A stretch of DNA of 64,000 nucleotides from Streptosporangiaceae bacterium (GCA_035499215.1 DATJZH010000177.1:31-64030), one strand, 5' to 3'. Numbered from the stretch's first letter, positions 37,465-47,527 are shown. The notes: generated by a model not told the origin, from the letters alone. Translations and numbers: made by a program.

Positions 37465-39330
37465 TCAGCTGACAGGCCCGGCCCGCGCGGGCCATAGCGA
37501 TGGCGCCTCGTGCAGTTGCCGGTACGCCCCGTCAGCTGCGATGAGCTGCTCATGCGAGCCGCGCTGGGCGACCTTGCCGTCCGCTAGGACGATGATCTCG
37601 TCAACCTGCTCGAGTCCCGCCAGCTCGTGGGTGATGAGCAGGGTGGCCCGGCCCGTCGTGAGCGCGAGCAGATCGGCTGTCAGGGCAGCGCGGGCGCCGG
37701 GATCCAGGTGGGCGGTCGGCTCGTCGAGTATCAGCACGGCCGGGTCCGCGAGCAGCGCCCTGGCCAGGGCGAGCCGCTGCCGTTCGCCGCCGGACATGGC
37801 CGCCCCGTGCGCGCCGACTGGGGTGTCCCAGGCCCCGGGCAGGGACTGGATCCAGGGCAGCAGCCGGGCGCGCAGGGCGGCCGCCACCAGCTCGTCGTCG
37901 CCGGCCCCCGGCCGGGCCAGGCGCAGGTTGTCGCGGATGGTGGCATCGAAGATGTGCGGGTCCTGGGGACAGCCGCCGATCACCGCGCGGACGTCGTCGG
38001 CGGCGTAGCTGGCGAGGTCGGCTCCGTTCAGGGTGACGCTGCCGCCGACGGGGTCGCGGAAGCGCAGCAGCACGGCGGCCACGGTGGACTTGCCCGCTCC
38101 GCTCGGGCCGATCAGCGCGACTCGCCGGCCCGGCGCCAGGTCAAGGTCGAGCCCGTCCAGCGCGAGCGGGCCATCCTGCTCGTACCGGACCTGGACCCCC
38201 CGCAGCCGAACCTGCACCGGCCCGGCGGGACGCGGCCGGGAAGCCGCCGGCTCGCCGACCGGGTCCGGCGCGTCCAGGATCGCGCCGATGCGGTCGGCCG
38301 AGGCGCGTGCCGCACCGAGCTGGAGCGCGGCCGCCGGCATGACGGTGACCGCCTCGAAGGACGCGAGCGCTGTGAGGGTCAGCACCGCCAGCGGCACCCT
38401 GGTGAGTGCGCCGTGGCCCACGGCGGCCACCCCGAGGACGAGCACTCCCCAGACAGTGAGCCCGGTGAGGCCGGTGATCAGGCCGCTGCCCAGGCCGGTC
38501 GCGGCGGCAGAGCGCCTGGCCAGTGCCGTCAGCTCCGCATCCGCCTCGGCGGCGCCGGCCAGGGCTGCGTGCTGGGCGCCGAACGCGTGCAGCTCGGCCG
38601 CGCCGGACAGCAGGTCGGTGACCGTCGCGCCGAGCTCGCCGCGCGCTGGCGCGGTCGCCCTGGCTGCCCGGCGGGAGGCGGCGACGGCCAGCGGCGGCAC
38701 CGCGGCCCCGGCTGCCAGCAGCCCGAGAGCCAGCACGCCGCCGGCCGGCGCGAGGATCAGCAGGCCTGCGGTCACCGCGCCCGCGCCGACCAGCGCGGCC
38801 GCCAGCGGCGGCCCGATGCCCCGGATGAACAGGTCCTGGGTGGCGTCCACGTCGCTGATCAGGGCGGCGAGCAGGTCGCCGGAGCGGAAGGCGGCCAGCC
38901 CGGCCGGCGCGAGCCGCTGCAGCCGCCGGTAGACCGCCACCCGGATGTCAGCCAGCACCCGGAACGCGACATCGTGTGAGGTCAGACGCTCGAGGTAGCG
39001 GAATGCAGCGCGGCCGACGCTGAACGCGCGGACCGCCACGACCGCCACGGAGATCGCCAGGATGCTGGGGTGCTCGGAGGCGCGGGCGAGCAGGAACCCC
39101 GAGGTGGCCAGCAGGGCCACGCCGCAGCCGGTAGCGGCGGCGCCCGCCAGGACCGACAGCGCGAGCCGGCCGCGCAGCGGCCGGGCAAGCCACAGCAGCC
39201 GAAGCAGGGGCCGGCGACGCCCGGCGTCCGTGCCTGGCGGCGTATCGCTGAGCGCCGACCGAACAGCGCCGGGCCCGGGCGGCGCGGCACCCAGCCTTTG
39301 CGGCGCACCGGCCAGCGACTCGCTGGTCAC
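37465..39330 (-). CDS. cydC: Thiol reductant ABC exporter subunit CydC
   Basis: Six-TM ABC exporter domain, Walker A GPSGAGKSTVAAVLLRF and signature MSGGERQRLALARALL. GTG 39330 overlaps the cydD stop (GTGA at 39327-39330). Confidence 0.88.
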   Translation of the reverse strand: MTSESLAGAPQRLGAAPPGPGAVRSALSDTPPGTDAGRRRPLLRLLWLARPLRGRLALSVLAGAAATGCGVALLATSGFLLARASEHPSILAISVAVVAVRAFSVGRAAFRYLERLTSHDVAFRVLADIRVAVYRRLQRLAPAGLAAFRSGDLLAALISDVDATQDLFIRGIGPPLAAALVGAGAVTAGLLILAPAGGVLALGLLAAGAAVPPLAVAASRRAARATAPARGELGATVTDLLSGAAELHAFGAQHAALAGAAEADAELTALARRSAAATGLGSGLITGLTGLTVWGVLVLGVAAVGHGALTRVPLAVLTLTALASFEAVTVMPAAALQLGAARASADRIGAILDAPDPVGEPAASRPRPAGPVQVRLRGVQVRYEQDGPLALDGLDLDLAPGRRVALIGPSGAGKSTVAAVLLRFRDPVGGSVTLNGADLASYAADDVRAVIGGCPQDPHIFDATIRDNLRLARPGAGDDELVAAALRARLLPWIQSLPGAWDTPVGAHGAAMSGGERQRLALARALLADPAVLILDEPTAHLDPGARAALTADLLALTTGRATLLITHELAGLEQVDEIIVLADGKVAQRGSHEQLIAADGAYRQLHEAPSLWPARAGPVS

Positions 39331-41171
39331 GCAATCACCGCCGCCCCGCCCGGGCCGGCCAGATCGGGCAAGCCCGACGACGCGGCCGGCGCGCACAGCC
39401 CGGCCGGCCCGGCGGGCGCCGGCGGCACCAGCTTTCCGCTGTCCAGGCTGATGACGCGGCAGCCGCCGCCGGACCAGCCCTGGCCGTGACTGACCAGGAT
39501 GACGGTGCGGTCGGCCAGCACCGTGTCGATGGCTGCGGCGGTCAGGCGGGCGCTGGCCTGATCGAGATGAGCGGTCGGCTCGTCCAGCAGCAGCAGGGGC
39601 GCGTCCCGCAGGAACGCGCGGGCCAGCGCGATCCGCTGTCGCTGGCCCGCGGAGAGCCGCAGGCCGCGCTCCCCCAGCGGCGTGTCGTAGCCGGCCGGCA
39701 GGGCCTCGATGAAGTCAGCGGCCCCGGCCAGCCCGGCGGCCCGGCAGATGGCACCGCGGCTCGCGCCTGCCCGGCCCAGCGCGATGTTGTCCGCCGCGCT
39801 GCCGGTGAACAGGTACGGCTGCTGCGGCACCCAGGCGACCTGCTCGCGCCACCAGTCCACGTCGATTGCCGCCACGTCGGTGCCGCCGCCGCCAGTCCCG
39901 ACTGCCCCGGTGCCGCCCACCTCGATGGTCCCGGCTGCTGGCGCGACGAAACGCAGCAGCAGGGCCAGCAGCGTGCTTTTGCCCGCGCCGCTTGGCCCGG
40001 TGAGCACTACCCGCTCCCCCGGCGCGATCGTCAGGCTGACCCCGTCCAGAGCCGGGCGAGCCCGGCCGGGATAGGACACGGTGACCCCGTTTAGCCTGAT
40101 CTGCCGGCTCCGCAGGTCCGCGCTCGCCCTGCGCCGGGACGGCGGTGGCCTGGCCTGCGGCTCGTCCGGGACCGGGGCGTCCAGGATCTCGAAGACGCGC
40201 CCGGCCGCGGCGGCACCTTCCATGCTCGCGTGGAACTGGGCGCCTACCGCCCGCAGCGGCAGGTAGGCCTCCGGGGTCAGCAGCAGCACGAGGAGCGCCG
40301 TCTCATACCCCAGATGCCCGTACAGCAGCCGCAGCCCGACCTCGACCGCGACCAGCGCGGTGGCGATCGCGGCGGCCAGCTCCAGCACCAGCGCGGACAG
40401 GAACGCGACCCGCAGCGTGGACATCGTCGCTGTCCGGTAGTCATCGGTGACCTTCGCGATCACGTCTTCCTGCGCTCTGGCACGGCCGAACACCTTGAGC
40501 GTGGGCAGTCCCTCCACCACATCGAGGAAATGCCCGCCCAGGGTCGCCAGCAGCCTCCATTGCCGCCGGGTCTGCGCCTTCGTGTGCCAGCCCACCAGCA
40601 CAGCGAACACCGGGATCAGCGGCAGCGTCACGGCGATGACCAGCGCGGAGGTCAGGTCTGCGGCCGCCACCCGGGTCAGCACCGCCACGGGCACCAGGAC
40701 CGCGAGCACCAGCTGCGGCAGGTAGCGGGCGAAGTAGGAATCCAGCCCGTCCAGGCCCCTGGTGCTCAGCGTGGCGATCTCGCCCGCCCGCTGCCCGCCC
40801 AGCCACACCGGGCCCAGGCTCAGCGAGCGAGCCGTGAGCGCACGCCGCAGCTGCGATTTGACCGTCGCGGCCCCGCGCAGCGCCGCCACCTCCCCGCTAT
40901 AGCTCACTGCCGCCCGCACCGCCACCACCACGAGCAGCGCCGCCAGGGTGCCCGACAGCGCGGCCTCGCCGTCGCCGCGCGCGGCGACGGCGAGCGCGCG
41001 GGCGAGCAGGCCCGCCTGGGCGAGGATCGCCGCGGTCGCGACGAGTCCGAGCACGACCGTAACGATCAGATGGCCGCGAGCGGCCCGGGCATGACGCAGC
41101 AGCCGCGGGTCAACCGGGCCGCGGCCGGCTGCACCGGGCCGCGCGCCGCGCTGACCTGCTGCCGGAGTCAA
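39327..41171 (-). CDS. cydD: Thiol reductant ABC exporter subunit CydD
   Basis: VDPRLLRHARAARGHLIVTVVLGLVATAAILAQAGLLA is a typical CydD N-terminus. Walker A GPSGAGKSTLLALLLRF and signature LSAGQRQRIALARAFL. The only in-frame start is TTG 41171, which overlaps the upstream stop (TTGA). Confidence 0.88.
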   Translation of the reverse strand: MTPAAGQRGARPGAAGRGPVDPRLLRHARAARGHLIVTVVLGLVATAAILAQAGLLARALAVAARGDGEAALSGTLAALLVVVAVRAAVSYSGEVAALRGAATVKSQLRRALTARSLSLGPVWLGGQRAGEIATLSTRGLDGLDSYFARYLPQLVLAVLVPVAVLTRVAAADLTSALVIAVTLPLIPVFAVLVGWHTKAQTRRQWRLLATLGGHFLDVVEGLPTLKVFGRARAQEDVIAKVTDDYRTATMSTLRVAFLSALVLELAAAIATALVAVEVGLRLLYGHLGYETALLVLLLTPEAYLPLRAVGAQFHASMEGAAAAGRVFEILDAPVPDEPQARPPPSRRRASADLRSRQIRLNGVTVSYPGRARPALDGVSLTIAPGERVVLTGPSGAGKSTLLALLLRFVAPAAGTIEVGGTGAVGTGGGGTDVAAIDVDWWREQVAWVPQQPYLFTGSAADNIALGRAGASRGAICRAAGLAGAADFIEALPAGYDTPLGERGLRLSAGQRQRIALARAFLRDAPLLLLDEPTAHLDQASARLTAAAIDTVLADRTVILVSHGQGWSGGGCRVISLDSGKLVPPAPAGPAGLCAPAASSGLPDLAGPGGAAVIA

Positions 41172-41392
41172 CGCGGCGGCTCGACGTAACGGCGCTGCTG
41201 GTACACCTCGGCGGACGCGCGAGCCCGCCGGCGCATGATCATCAGCGCCAGCGACGCGACCAGCCCGGCCGCGCCGCCGATCATCAGGATTACCCCGATA
41301 GCCTGGAGATTGACATACTTCGGCTGCCAGGTGACCGCAAATCGGAGAATTGCGCCAATGATGATCAGCGCGGTGCTTCCGCCGATGCTCAT
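41168..41392 (-). CDS. DUF6458-family small membrane protein (paralog 1)
   Basis: MSIGGSTALIIIGAILRFAVTWQPKYVNLQAIGVILMIGGAAGLVASLALMIMRRRA..YQQRRYVEPPR. Start is ATG 41392 or GTG 41431. The stop overlaps the cydD start. Confidence 0.75.
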   Translation of the reverse strand: MSIGGSTALIIIGAILRFAVTWQPKYVNLQAIGVILMIGGAAGLVASLALMIMRRRARASAEVYQQRRYVEPPR

Positions 41393-41554
41393 GCTGCCGA
41401 GCTTGCAGCGAGCCAGCCGCGATTTATTCACCCCGGCCGGGTGAAGTGCATTCGCGCCAGCGTGCGAGAACGTAAGCAGATCTCAAACTCGGAGAACTGG
41501 TGCTGGCCATCGTGACAGCAGCCGGTCACGGCGCGAATCCGCAGGAGGTAACCG

Positions 41555-42958
41555 TTGTCTGACGCCGGAGGCGAGGCGGCGCCGGCAGCCGAAGGCCCAG
41601 ACCGCACAGGGCCGGCCGCCGAAGGCCCAGACCGCACAGCAGACGAGCGAGCCGAACTCGAGCGCCAGCAAGCTGAACTCGACCGGCTCCGGGCTGAGGT
41701 GAACGAGCTGCGCACCGGGAAGGCCAAGCCAGCGCGGCGGCGCCTTGGCTGGCGAGCCCCGCTCGCGACGATACTCATCGTGATCGGCTGCCTGCTCGCA
41801 CCGGTCTCGGTGCTGGCGGTCTGGACCGCCAACCAGGTCTCGGATACCAGCCGCTACGTGGCCAACGTGGAGCCCCTGGTCCACAATCCCTCAGTTCAGA
41901 ATGCCCTCACCGACAAGATCTCCAACGAGATCACCACCCGCCTCAATGTGACCTCGTACGCCGATCAGGCAGCGGGCCTGATTTCGAGCCACGGACTGCC
42001 GCGGGTCGGCGCGCTGCTCAAGACATTCGCGCCGTCGATCAGCGGCGCGGTCGCCGGGTTCATTCACAGCGAGGTCCACAAGATCGTCACCAGCCCCCGG
42101 TTCGCCCAGGCCTGGGTCAAGGCCAACACTGTGGTCCACCAGGAGCTGGTGAAGGCGCTCTCCGGCCAGGGCGGCGGCTCGATCAGCATCAGCAACGGCC
42201 AGGTCGTCCTCGGCCTCGGTCCGTTCATCAACCTCGTCAAGCAGGACCTGGTGAAGCGCGGCTTCACCCTGGTCAGCAAGATCCCGTACGTCAACCCGAC
42301 GCTGACGCTGTTCTCGGCCAAGTACCTGGTGAAGGCACAGACTGCCTACCGGCTGATCAACGCCCTCAAGATAGTGCTGCCGATCCTGACGCTGCTGCTG
42401 CTGGCCCTCGGCGTATACGTCGCCCGCGGCCACCGGCGCGCGCTGATCGGCGCCGGCCTCGGGCTGGCCGCGTCGATGCTGGTGCTCGGCGCCGGGCTGC
42501 TGATCTTCCGCGGCATCTACCTGAACAGCGTGCCGAACAGCAAGCTGCCCGCCGACGCCGCTGCCGCCTTGTTCGATACGCTCGTCCGGTTCATCAAGGA
42601 GGGGCTGCGGACGATCCTGGTGGCAGGCCTGGTCATCGCCGCGGGCGCGTTCCTGACCGGGCCTTCTGCTACCGCGGTCCGGATCCGGGGGGCTTTCGCG
42701 CAGGGATTTGGCTGGGTCCGGCAGGGCGGTGCACGCCACGGCGTGAGCACCGGCCCGGTGGGCACCTGGACCTACGCGCACCGGAAGGGGCTGCGCGTGT
42801 CCGCGGTGGCCCTGGCCGCGCTGATCTTCGTGTTCTGGGGCCGGCCCACCGCTGCCGTCGTCATCGTGATCGTCGTCCTCCTGCTGGTGGTTCTCGGGCT
42901 GATCGAGCTGATCGGCGCACCACCGCCCGCTCAGCCGGAGACTGCCGGACACCCGTGA
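41555..42958 (+). CDS. Hypothetical integral membrane protein with an N-terminal coiled-coil
   Basis: TTG 41555 lies 6 nt after AGGAGG (41543-41548). ERAELERQQAELDRLRAEVNELR, then a TM segment, a ~200-aa extracytoplasmic-looking segment and several C-terminal TM segments. I recognise no domain. Confidence 0.7.
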   Translation: MSDAGGEAAPAAEGPDRTGPAAEGPDRTADERAELERQQAELDRLRAEVNELRTGKAKPARRRLGWRAPLATILIVIGCLLAPVSVLAVWTANQVSDTSRYVANVEPLVHNPSVQNALTDKISNEITTRLNVTSYADQAAGLISSHGLPRVGALLKTFAPSISGAVAGFIHSEVHKIVTSPRFAQAWVKANTVVHQELVKALSGQGGGSISISNGQVVLGLGPFINLVKQDLVKRGFTLVSKIPYVNPTLTLFSAKYLVKAQTAYRLINALKIVLPILTLLLLALGVYVARGHRRALIGAGLGLAASMLVLGAGLLIFRGIYLNSVPNSKLPADAAAALFDTLVRFIKEGLRTILVAGLVIAAGAFLTGPSATAVRIRGAFAQGFGWVRQGGARHGVSTGPVGTWTYAHRKGLRVSAVALAALIFVFWGRPTAAVVIVIVVLLLVVLGLIELIGAPPPAQPETAGHP

Positions 42959-43032
42959 TGCCCGCCGTACCTGCGCCGTACCTGCACGGCCGGAGTCTTC
43001 GCTGAGTTTCGGCCGCGGGTAGAGTCGGCCCG

Positions 43033-43695
43033 GTGATCCTGCAAGCCGCAGGCCTGGCCCTGCTCGCGGCGCTGTCCCCCACGGCACTGCTGGTGGCCGC
43101 CGTCTACCTCGGCTCGGCCCGGCCAAGGCTTACCGGCACGCTCTACCTGGCCGGCGCGATCCTGATGAGCCTGGTGATGGGCCTGGTGGTGCTGGCGATC
43201 CTGCGCAACACCGGCCTGAGCCATCACAGTCAGCGCGAGCCTCGCTATGGCCTGCGGCTCGGCCTCGGGGTAGTGATACTCGCGGCAGGCATCGTGCTGG
43301 CGAAGCGCAAGCCGAAGGCGCCCGATCCCGGCAAAGCCAAGCCGGGGCTCGTGTCGAGAATGATCGCCAATCCCGCGCCGGCCAGCGCGTTCGCCGTCGG
43401 CCTGCTGTTGTTCGCGCCCGGTATCACGTTCATCGCCGCGCTTCAGGTGATCGCCACGGCGCAAGCCAGCCTCAAGCTCACCGCCGTTGCCATCATCGTC
43501 GTGGTCGTGATCAATGTCGCTCTCGTCTGGCTGCCCCTGGTGCTGCACCTGGCTGCGCCCGGCTTAACGGCACGCAAGCTGACGGCTTTCAACAGCTGGC
43601 TGCGGGCGAACGGGAACAAGATACTGATCGCCGTGCTGATCGCGGCCGGCGCGATCATGATCGGCAACGGCACCTACGGCCTGGTAGCCGGCTGA
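43033..43695 (+). CDS. GAP/Sap-like family membrane protein (paralog 1)
   Basis: MILQAAGLALLAALSPTALLVAAVYLGSARPRL..LAKRKPKAPDPGKAKPGLVSRM..FAPGITFIAALQVI.. has the 6-TM pattern typical of the family NCBI names GAP. Confidence 0.7.
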   Translation: MILQAAGLALLAALSPTALLVAAVYLGSARPRLTGTLYLAGAILMSLVMGLVVLAILRNTGLSHHSQREPRYGLRLGLGVVILAAGIVLAKRKPKAPDPGKAKPGLVSRMIANPAPASAFAVGLLLFAPGITFIAALQVIATAQASLKLTAVAIIVVVVINVALVWLPLVLHLAAPGLTARKLTAFNSWLRANGNKILIAVLIAAGAIMIGNGTYGLVAG

Positions 43696-44152
43696 ACTGG
43701 CCGGCCCCAGGCCGAGCGCCCGCCATACACTCCCGGCTGAGGACCGCCTCACCCGCAGCGGATGATTATCGCAAACCCGGCGTGCCCATACTGGAAGCCG
43801 TGGACCCACTGAGCCGGCTCCGGGCAGCCGGCAAACGTATCGCCGGTCCGCAGCGGGCCTTGCCCAGCGCGTCGCAGAGCGCGTCATCGACCTCGTCGTC
43901 GGAGGTCCCGGATGTCGACGCGCCAGCGCTGCGGCTTGACCTGACCAGCGGCGGGGGACCCCGCCGCTGACCCGGGCCGCCGACGCGGCCCCAGACCCTG
44001 CTGCCCACCCGGGCCCAGACCCTGCTGCCGAGCTGGCCGCGCGACCATCCGCTACGGGTGACGCGCCGCGCCCGCGCGAGCGCCACAATGGACTTCGGTG
44101 GCTCTGCGGGCCACCCTGTCAGCACGCTCATCAGCACCTAAGGAGTCCGATT

Positions 44153-44512
44153 ATGACTACGCCCGCCAAGGCCGATGTCGATGCCGCAACCCGGGAGGCT
44201 CTGGCCGGCCTGGCCGTCGGCGACCTGGGAGTTCTGCAGGAAGCTCTGGCGCTCCGCGAAAGCGAGCAAGCCAGCAGCGGCCTGGATGCCCGCACGTTCT
44301 CGCTGGTCAAGATCGCTGCTCTCATCGCGCTCGACGCCCCGCCGGCCTCCTATCTGTGGCAGGTGGCCAACGCGCTGGATGCCGGCGTCACGCCGCAGGA
44401 CCTGATCGGCGTGCTGCGCGCGGTGCTTCCTCAGGTGGGCGGTCCCAGAGCGATAGCGGCAGCACCCGAGCTGATGGTCGCGCTGGGGCTTGAACTGCCC
44501 GACGAGCAGTAG
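44153..44512 (+). CDS. Carboxymuconolactone decarboxylase (AhpD-like) family protein
   Basis: LDARTFSLVKIAALIALDAPPASYLWQVANALDAGVTPQDLIGVLRAVLPQVGGPRAIAAAPELM. ATG is preceded by TAAGGAG. Confidence 0.8.
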   Translation: MTTPAKADVDAATREALAGLAVGDLGVLQEALALRESEQASSGLDARTFSLVKIAALIALDAPPASYLWQVANALDAGVTPQDLIGVLRAVLPQVGGPRAIAAAPELMVALGLELPDEQ

Positions 44513-44553
44513 ACGAATCCGCGGAACCGAAGGGTCGATCACAGGAGGCAAGC

Positions 44554-44850
44554 ATGTTCATGCGGCGACGCCCGCTGATGCGCGCGGCGGTAGTGGGCGG
44601 CAGCGCCTACGCCGTTGGCCACCACATGGCCAATAAATCGGCAGCACAGGCTCAGCAAGAGGACGAGCAGAACGAGCGGATAGACAATCTCGAGCAGCAG
44701 GCCCCCCAGCAGCAGGCCCCCCAGCAGCCTGCCGCCCCGGCAGCCGGGCCGTCGTTGCTCGATCAGCTGAACCAGCTCGACACCCTGCATCAGCAGGGCG
44801 CCCTGACAGATAACGAATTCACCGCGGCCAAGGCCAAGCTGCTCGGCTAG
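44554..44850 (+). CDS. SHOCT domain-containing protein
   Basis: C-terminal LLDQLNQLDTLHQQGALTDNEFTAAKAKLLG is the SHOCT motif. The middle is Gln-rich. ATG is preceded by AGGAGG. Confidence 0.8.
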   Translation: MFMRRRPLMRAAVVGGSAYAVGHHMANKSAAQAQQEDEQNERIDNLEQQAPQQQAPQQPAAPAAGPSLLDQLNQLDTLHQQGALTDNEFTAAKAKLLG

Positions 44851-45076
44851 CTGCAGCGAGGCTGCTCGGTTCAGCAGCGGCTCAGAGCGGAGCAGCTCAG
44901 CTGACGCCATTGCCGCAGCAGCGGCGCATCCGGAGTCCCGCGGCGAGCGGTACTGCGGATGCCGCGCCTTGGCGGAGCCCAGCCGTCAGCAAACTGGCCG
45001 CACCCATCGGGCTGGGTCGAACAAGGCAATCGTGAGAACTGGCATCCGCTTTCCTCGTGGACGAAGGAGTCAAGGG

Positions 45077-47446
45077 GTGACCGAGCAGTTCAGGGGCACG
45101 ATCAACATAGATATCCGCGACTCGACGCCCGACTGGGCGCCGTTCGAGCCGCCGAAAGCGCCCGAGGGCGCGCCCAACGTCATCTACATCGTCCTCGATG
45201 ACGTGGGCTTCTCGGCCATGAGCTGCTACGGCGGCCCCATCGAGACACCGAACATTGACCGGATCGCGGCCGACGGCTTCCGCTACACCCAGTGGCACAC
45301 CACGGCCCTGTGCTCGCCCACCCGGTCGTGCCTGCTCACCGGGCGCAACCACACCCGCAACTCGATGGCCTGCATCACCGAGGCCGCGGTCGGCTTCCCG
45401 AACGCGAGCGGGACCATACCGCCGGAGAACGGCATGCTGCCGGAGATCCTCGGGGAACTCGGCTGGAATACCTACATGGTGGGCAAGTGGCACCTGTGCC
45501 CGACCGTCGAGATGAACGTTGCCTCCACCCGGCGCAACTGGCCGTCGGGGCGGGGCTTCGAGCGCTGGTATGGGTTCCTCGGCGCCGAGACCAACCAGTG
45601 GTACCCCGACCTGGTCTACGACAACCACCCGGTCGACCAGCCGAAGTCACCGCAGCAGGGCTATCACCTCACCGCGGACCTGACCGATAAGGCGCTGGAG
45701 TTCGTCAAGGACGCCAAGGTGATCGCGCCGGACAAGCCGTATTTCCTGTACTACGCCCCCGGTGCCGCCCATGCGCCGCATCAGGCCCCGAAGGAATGGA
45801 TCGCCAAGTTCGCCGGGCGCTTCGACATGGGTTACGAGGCGATCCGGGAGCAGATCCTGGCCCGGCAGAAGGACATGGGCATTGTCCCGGCCGACACCGA
45901 GCTTCCCCCGGTCAACCCGATCGGCACGCCCGAGACTCGCACGGGGCCTGCAGGCCAGCAGTTCCCGCCGCTGGACGTCACCAGGCCGTGGGCCTCATTG
46001 TCCGCCGAGGAGAAGCGGCTGTTCTGCCGGGTGGCCGAGGTCTACGCGGGGTTTCTGGCACACGCTGACTACCACATCGGCCGGCTGCTGGACTACCTGG
46101 AGGAGTCCGGGCAGCGGGAGAACACCATGGTGATCCTGGTGTCGGACAACGGCGCCAGCGGCGAGGGCGGCCCGCACGGCTCGGTGAACGAGAACAAGTT
46201 CTTCAATGGCGTCCCCGATGACTTGCAGGAAAACCTGGCGATGCTCGACGAGCTCGGCGGGACCAGGACTTACAACCACTACCCGAACGGCTGGGCGATG
46301 GCGTTCAACACGCCGTTCAAGATGTGGAAGCGGTATGAGTTCAACGGCGGCACCGCCGACCCGTGCATCATCTCCTGTCCGTCGGCCACGGCCAGCGCCG
46401 CCACAGGCAAGGGCGAACTGCGCCACCAGTACCATCACGCGATCGACCTCGTGCCGACCATCCTGGACACCCTCGGCGTGCAGGCCCCGGATACGATCAA
46501 GGGCCACGTGCAGAGCCGCTTCGACGGGGTGAGCATGCGCTACAGCGTCGAGATGGCTGCGGCGCCGTCCGCCAGGAAGACGCAGTTCTACTCCATGCTC
46601 GGCTCGCGCGGCATCTGGCACGAAGGCTGGAAGGCCGTCACAACGCATCCGACGATCAGCGGCTGGAGCGACTTCAACGGCGACGCCTGGGAGCTGTACC
46701 ACACCGACACCGATCGCGCCGAGCTGCACGACCTGGCGGCCGAGCACCCGGACAAGCTGCGCGAGCTGGTCAACATCTGGTTCGCCGAGGCGGGCGCGAA
46801 CGGGGCCTTCCCGCTCGACGACCGGTCACCGCTCGAGATCATCCTGACGCCGCGGCCGCAGCTGGCGTCGCCCCGCGACCGCTACGCCTACTTCCCCGAC
46901 ACCGCCGAGGTACCGGAGGCGCAGGCCGTCAACATCCGCAACCGGTCCTACACGATCGGCGCCCTGGTGGACATCCCCGCGCCCGGCGCGCAGGGCGTGC
47001 TGTTCGCGCAAGGGGCGCTGTTCGGCGGGCATTCCCTCTACCTGAAGGACAACCGGCTGCACTACGTCTACAACTTCGTCGGCATGCTGGAGCAGAAGAT
47101 CGACGGCACCGAGGACGTGCCGGCCGGGCAGGACCTTATCCTGTCGGCCTCGTTCGACAAGGATGGCGAGGATCCCCCTGGCGTGTCCACCGGGATCCTT
47201 TCTCTCTACCATGGCGAGAGAAAGGTCGGCGAGGGCCGGATCAGGACCCAGCCAGGGAACTTCAGCCTCGCGGGCGAGGGCCTGTGCGTCGGCCGGGACA
47301 GCGGCGCGCCCGTTACCGGCGACTACCCCGGCCAGGCTCCGTGGCGGTTCACCGGCGGCACGATCAAGCGGGTCGCTGTCGACGTGAGCGGCGATCCATA
47401 CGTGGATATGGAACGCGAGGCCCAGGCGATGCTGGCCCGCGAGTAG
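45077..47446 (+). CDS. Arylsulfatase, large AtsA type, Cys-type (formylglycine) active site
   Basis: NVIYIVLDDVGFSAMSCYGGPIETPNIDRIAADGFRYTQWHTTALCSPTRSCLLTGRNH carries C-x-P-x-R. GTG 45077 lies 7 nt after GAAGGAG. Confidence 0.9.
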   Translation: MTEQFRGTINIDIRDSTPDWAPFEPPKAPEGAPNVIYIVLDDVGFSAMSCYGGPIETPNIDRIAADGFRYTQWHTTALCSPTRSCLLTGRNHTRNSMACITEAAVGFPNASGTIPPENGMLPEILGELGWNTYMVGKWHLCPTVEMNVASTRRNWPSGRGFERWYGFLGAETNQWYPDLVYDNHPVDQPKSPQQGYHLTADLTDKALEFVKDAKVIAPDKPYFLYYAPGAAHAPHQAPKEWIAKFAGRFDMGYEAIREQILARQKDMGIVPADTELPPVNPIGTPETRTGPAGQQFPPLDVTRPWASLSAEEKRLFCRVAEVYAGFLAHADYHIGRLLDYLEESGQRENTMVILVSDNGASGEGGPHGSVNENKFFNGVPDDLQENLAMLDELGGTRTYNHYPNGWAMAFNTPFKMWKRYEFNGGTADPCIISCPSATASAATGKGELRHQYHHAIDLVPTILDTLGVQAPDTIKGHVQSRFDGVSMRYSVEMAAAPSARKTQFYSMLGSRGIWHEGWKAVTTHPTISGWSDFNGDAWELYHTDTDRAELHDLAAEHPDKLRELVNIWFAEAGANGAFPLDDRSPLEIILTPRPQLASPRDRYAYFPDTAEVPEAQAVNIRNRSYTIGALVDIPAPGAQGVLFAQGALFGGHSLYLKDNRLHYVYNFVGMLEQKIDGTEDVPAGQDLILSASFDKDGEDPPGVSTGILSLYHGERKVGEGRIRTQPGNFSLAGEGLCVGRDSGAPVTGDYPGQAPWRFTGGTIKRVAVDVSGDPYVDMEREAQAMLARE

Positions 47447-47527
47447 CGCCGGCCGCCGCCATCAGCACGGCCCCTCGCCGCAGAACGCGGCGGCGGGCTG
47501 CCGCGCCACAGTCCTGGCTGCCGCCCG

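Noticed and set aside
43766-44137. 123-aa minus-strand ORF in the GAP/AhpD gap as an intact gene
   Set aside because: Overall third-position GC is ~83% by my count. Periodicity is seen only in the C-terminal third. The GTG start sits 15 nt from the divergent AhpD-like ATG and overlaps that gene's RBS. I treat it as a possible remnant instead.
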